Source: an uncultured Gammaproteobacteria bacterium (GTDB lineage Bacteria; Patescibacteriota; Microgenomatia; Daviesbacterales; UBA10151). Taken from it: a stretch of DNA of 6,626 nucleotides. A program made the position numbers and the translations under genes. The DNA lies in contig CAZFVS010000029.1 of NCBI GenBank assembly GCA_964522265.1, positions 4,842-11,467 of the forward strand. The letters run 5' to 3'. The notes beneath the pieces are model-generated. The model was not told the DNA's origin and searched no databases. It worked only from the letters and a program-made list of their open reading frames with translations. Each line of letters begins with the position of its first letter. Position 1 is the first letter of the stretch. Below, piece after piece: positions 4,231 through 6,626 of this stretch.

Positions 4231-5373
4231 ATGCCATATTTTCAAAAAGGCTTTGCGCCAATAATAATTATTTTAGGAATTCTACTTGTTTCTGCTGGGA
4301 TAATTGGCGGAGCATATTATTACAAAACAACTACAGAAAAGTCTAAGGTTTCAGAACAAAAACCTGCCACTCCTAAAGCCACGCCAATTCCTTCCCAAGC
4401 AGATGAAACTGTAAATGAGGCAAAGCCTCTTTCCTCCGGAAATTGGAAAACATATACCAATTCAGATTTTGGCATTTCATTGGAGTATCCAGCAGATGCA
4501 GTAGTTAGCACAAAAACTCTTTATAGTATGCTGTCAAAATCGTCAAATGGTTTAGATATTGCCCCTCCTTATCAAGAACCATACTCAAAATACTACACCT
4601 TTGATTTAGTAGTACAAGATAATCCACAAAATCAGGATGCAAAAACAATAATCAACAACTATATAGCAGATATTAAGAAAAATTGTACCCCTCCTGCTTG
4701 TAGCACACCAAAAATGATTACTGATACATTAAAACCATATAAAAACGGAGAAATTAATGGGTATATCTTCCATATCGGAGCAGAGACTGATTCGGCAATG
4801 GTTGTACAAGTCAAAAGTAATAAAACTTATATTTTCAGAATGAGCGGAGATCAAGGAAATGTTTCCGATTACGGCCTGAATATTTTTGATCAAATCCTCT
4901 CTGCTTTTAATTTTTTAGATAAAGACATTTCAACTGAGAGAATAGTTATTAAGGATGATTATTGGTTTGAGTTTAATATTCCTAGGGGATACAGGTTAGA
5001 TCGTAATAAAATAGGTAGCTACTTAGGGTATATAGTAGATGAAAAAGGTAATAAATTATTAGGGTTTGGTTTTAATTCTGCGGGAGGCGAACTGTCTCCT
5101 AAGGGAAAGACGATTATAGATGGTGTTCCTTTTACTATTGAGTATGATACTGAAGTTAGTTGTTCAGTAGCTGTCTATCCTACAAATCTTAAATTTTCTT
5201 TAGATAGATTGTATTTTTTTGTTTCTACTTGGTGTAAACCCGGAGAAGAGGGGAAAAATATATCCAATAAATCTTTATATACAGATGTTATAAGCAGTAT
5301 AAAATTTAGTGATAAATTAAAAGATATTCTATTTGGGAAAACCCAACCACCGTTATTAAAAGAAATTGATTAG
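4231..5373 (+). CDS. N-terminally anchored secreted protein, 380 aa (paralog of 2568..3185 plus a 150-aa C-terminal extension)
   Basis: The protein has MPYFQKGFAPIIIILGILLVSAGIIGGAYYYKTTTEKSK as a TM anchor, a P/T/A linker and the NWKTYTNSDFGISLEYP motif. IFDQILSAFNFLD at residues 218-230 aligns with the paralog's C-terminus, and the ORF then continues for 150 more codons. The stop TAG 5371-5373 overlaps the tatD stop convergently. Confidence 0.85.
   Translation: MPYFQKGFAPIIIILGILLVSAGIIGGAYYYKTTTEKSKVSEQKPATPKATPIPSQADETVNEAKPLSSGNWKTYTNSDFGISLEYPADAVVSTKTLYSMLSKSSNGLDIAPPYQEPYSKYYTFDLVVQDNPQNQDAKTIINNYIADIKKNCTPPACSTPKMITDTLKPYKNGEINGYIFHIGAETDSAMVVQVKSNKTYIFRMSGDQGNVSDYGLNIFDQILSAFNFLDKDISTERIVIKDDYWFEFNIPRGYRLDRNKIGSYLGYIVDEKGNKLLGFGFNSAGGELSPKGKTIIDGVPFTIEYDTEVSCSVAVYPTNLKFSLDRLYFFVSTWCKPGEEGKNISNKSLYTDVISSIKFSDKLKDILFGKTQPPLLKEID
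4269..4362 (+). repeat. 94-nt direct repeat, copy 2 (92/94 identical to 2600-2693)
   Basis: See copy 1. Looser similarity extends upstream to about 4243 (matching about 2574). Confidence 0.9.
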
Positions 5374-6233
5374 ATATTAAAAAGTTTTTTAACATTATCT
5401 GTAGTCTGACTTGCAACTTTTTCCAAAGGCTTGTTTTTAATTTCTGCAACTACCTGTGCGATTTCGCGGACTGAGGATGGTTCATTTCTTTTACCCCGGA
5501 TTGACTGGGGAGGTAAAAATGGGGAATCTGTTTCCAAAACAATCCTTTCTAAAGGTAATATCCTAACCGCTTCTTTTAAATAATCATTCTTGGGATAAGT
5601 TAAGTTTCCGGCAAAAGATACATAAAAATTAGTATTAAGTAGTAAGTATTTAGTAGTAAGCGAAAGGCCGGAATAACAGTGATAGACGCCTTTCCAGTCT
5701 TTGGTCATTTCTATAACTTCATCCCAAGCCTCAGTGTTCTCCGGGTTTTTAGTCCTGTCATCGCGGCAATGTATTAATAAAGGTAGGTTTAGCTTTTTTG
5801 CCAGGTCGATTTGGGATTGAAACAACTTTCTCTGTAAATTTTTCGCTTGTTCAACTGATAAGCCGAGAGGTAAATATCCTTCCCTGTTAAAATATGCAAA
5901 GTCCAGCCCGCATTCGCCGATTGCAATCACAGTTTCTCTGTTTTCGAGATAAATTTTTTCCAGAGCCGCGAGATCTTTCCCCATAATACTTGATACTTGT
6001 CCCTTGTCCCAGTATTTAACCGCTTCTTCAGGATGGATTGCAATGGAAGAATAAAGTTTAAATTCAGCGGAAGATTCCTTTTTAGCCTGTTCGGTAGCAG
6101 TCCGGCTTAAATTAACATCCACACCGACATTTATCGCAGCTGTGACCCCGGCTTCAATGGCACGGTTTATCACATCTTTAATATCGTTTTTGTATGAGTC
6201 CCAAAATAAATGTGCATGGGTATCTATAAACAT
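5370..6233 (-). CDS. tatD: TatD-family metal-dependent hydrolase/DNase
   Basis: The ORF shows the classic TatD motifs: MFIDTHAHL, IAIGECGLDF, LLIHCRD, YHCYSG and LETDSPFLPPQSIRGKRNEP. It is 287 aa long. Confidence 0.95.
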   Translation of the reverse strand: MFIDTHAHLFWDSYKNDIKDVINRAIEAGVTAAINVGVDVNLSRTATEQAKKESSAEFKLYSSIAIHPEEAVKYWDKGQVSSIMGKDLAALEKIYLENRETVIAIGECGLDFAYFNREGYLPLGLSVEQAKNLQRKLFQSQIDLAKKLNLPLLIHCRDDRTKNPENTEAWDEVIEMTKDWKGVYHCYSGLSLTTKYLLLNTNFYVSFAGNLTYPKNDYLKEAVRILPLERIVLETDSPFLPPQSIRGKRNEPSSVREIAQVVAEIKNKPLEKVASQTTDNVKKLFNI

Positions 6234-6240
6234 AAAGATA

Positions 6241-6246
6241 ATTATA
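6241..6246 (-). promoter_or_regulatory. -10 hexamer TATAAT 7 nt upstream of the tatD ATG (near-leaderless)
   Basis: The reverse complement of 6241-6246 is TATAAT, followed by TATCTTT and ATG (6233..6231). I found no convincing -35 and no Shine-Dalgarno. Confidence 0.35.
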
Positions 6247-6307
6247 CAACTGTTGTTTCTAAATACTCTATCTTGTTTTGTTATACAAGCTATGTTATTA
6301 AATATAT

Positions 6308-6626
6308 ATGAATCTGCCTAAGCCACAAAAGGGGATTGCAGCCATTCTTATATTAGGGTTGGTAGTTGCGGTAGCTGCTGCGGTTTATTTTTTTGTACTT
6401 AATAAACCAGGCGTTAACCCTCCTCAAAATCAAGTTATTAAAACTTTACCTAAACCACTCTTTCTTAATTTAGAAAGCCCAAGCAGTCAGACTGTGGCAA
6501 TTGATGACAATATTTTGATTAAAGGTAAAACATTACCCAATAGCAGGGTAGTGCTGTTTAATGCAACAGATGAGGAGGTTTTGGAGAGTGATTCTGAAGG
6601 TAAATTTATGGGGAAATTGCAACTTG
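6308..6626 (+). CDS. N-terminally anchored protein, partial (runs off the right edge)
   Basis: I translated from ATG 6308 to the window end and found no stop. The translation is MNLPKPQKGIAAILILGLVVAVAAAVYFFVLNKPGVNPPQNQ..ILIKGKTLPNSRVVLFNATDEEVLESDSEGKFMGKLQL. It has a TM anchor with the same QKG[FI]A opening as the other two anchored proteins. The beta-rich G.T.P...V.LF....ESDSEGKF pattern resembles Ig-like or carboxypeptidase-regulatory-like domains. Confidence 0.6.
   Translation, partial: MNLPKPQKGIAAILILGLVVAVAAAVYFFVLNKPGVNPPQNQVIKTLPKPLFLNLESPSSQTVAIDDNILIKGKTLPNSRVVLFNATDEEVLESDSEGKFMGKLQL

Noticed and set aside
4320-4511. Supplied 63-aa minus-strand ORF
   Set aside because: It is antisense to the linker region of the 4231 anchored-protein gene. 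It is a shadow ORF.
4921-4940. Possible third, buried tatD-end remnant just after ..FNFLD in the 4231 gene
   Set aside because: The idea rests only on a 9-nt match, GACATTTCA (4924-4932), to fragment 2 (3196-3204), at a different offset from the FLD codon (4 nt here, 14 nt in cassette A). No further similarity to the conserved 26-nt block follows, so a chance match is likely.
1-6626. CRISPR arrays, rRNA genes, transposases or integrases
   Set aside because: There are no regularly spaced repeats. No ORF shows recombinase or transposase motifs. No long GC-rich structured RNA segment is visible.

Overview
Low-GC bacterial window, about one-third G+C by eye. Tight gene packing and secreted proteins with N-terminal anchors starting ..QKGFAPI.. 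resemble Patescibacteria/CPR genomes, but that is inference only. The anchor gene is an intact TatD-family hydrolase (5370..6233, minus). The main result is that the last ~36-43 codons of tatD occur three times in direct orientation: the real gene end (from 5370) and two start-less fragments (1886..2014 and 3177..3284). The fragments bound two small cassettes with the same plan and no integrase. Each cassette has a toxin-antitoxin-like pair at the far end and a paralogous membrane-anchored protein next to the tatD-end copy. Cassette A (~2015..3176) carries a DUF4258-like ORF with no canonical start, a YgiT-type zinc-finger protein and an anchored protein. Cassette B (~3285..5369) carries an AbiEii-type nucleotidyltransferase with a small upstream partner, plus a longer anchored paralog. 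This resembles repeated site-specific insertion into the 3' end of a protein-coding gene, as in the e14/icd precedent. The two anchored-protein genes share a 94-nt 5' segment with only 2 mismatches, yet their cores are strongly diverged. The small ORF and abiEii overlap by 70 nt, and the abiEii ATG sits on a G_GGA_AAA heptamer in the frame needed for -1 slippage. Left of the array are a Bro-N/DinD-like gene and an unrecognised 193-aa ORF, both visibly richer in G+C. Upstream of those is a GC-rich nested hairpin flanked by 10-bp direct repeats. Several genes have a -10 hexamer 6-7 nt before the ATG and no Shine-Dalgarno, suggesting leaderless transcripts. I found no tRNA, rRNA, CRISPR array or recombinase. 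All family assignments come from remembered motifs, not from searches.
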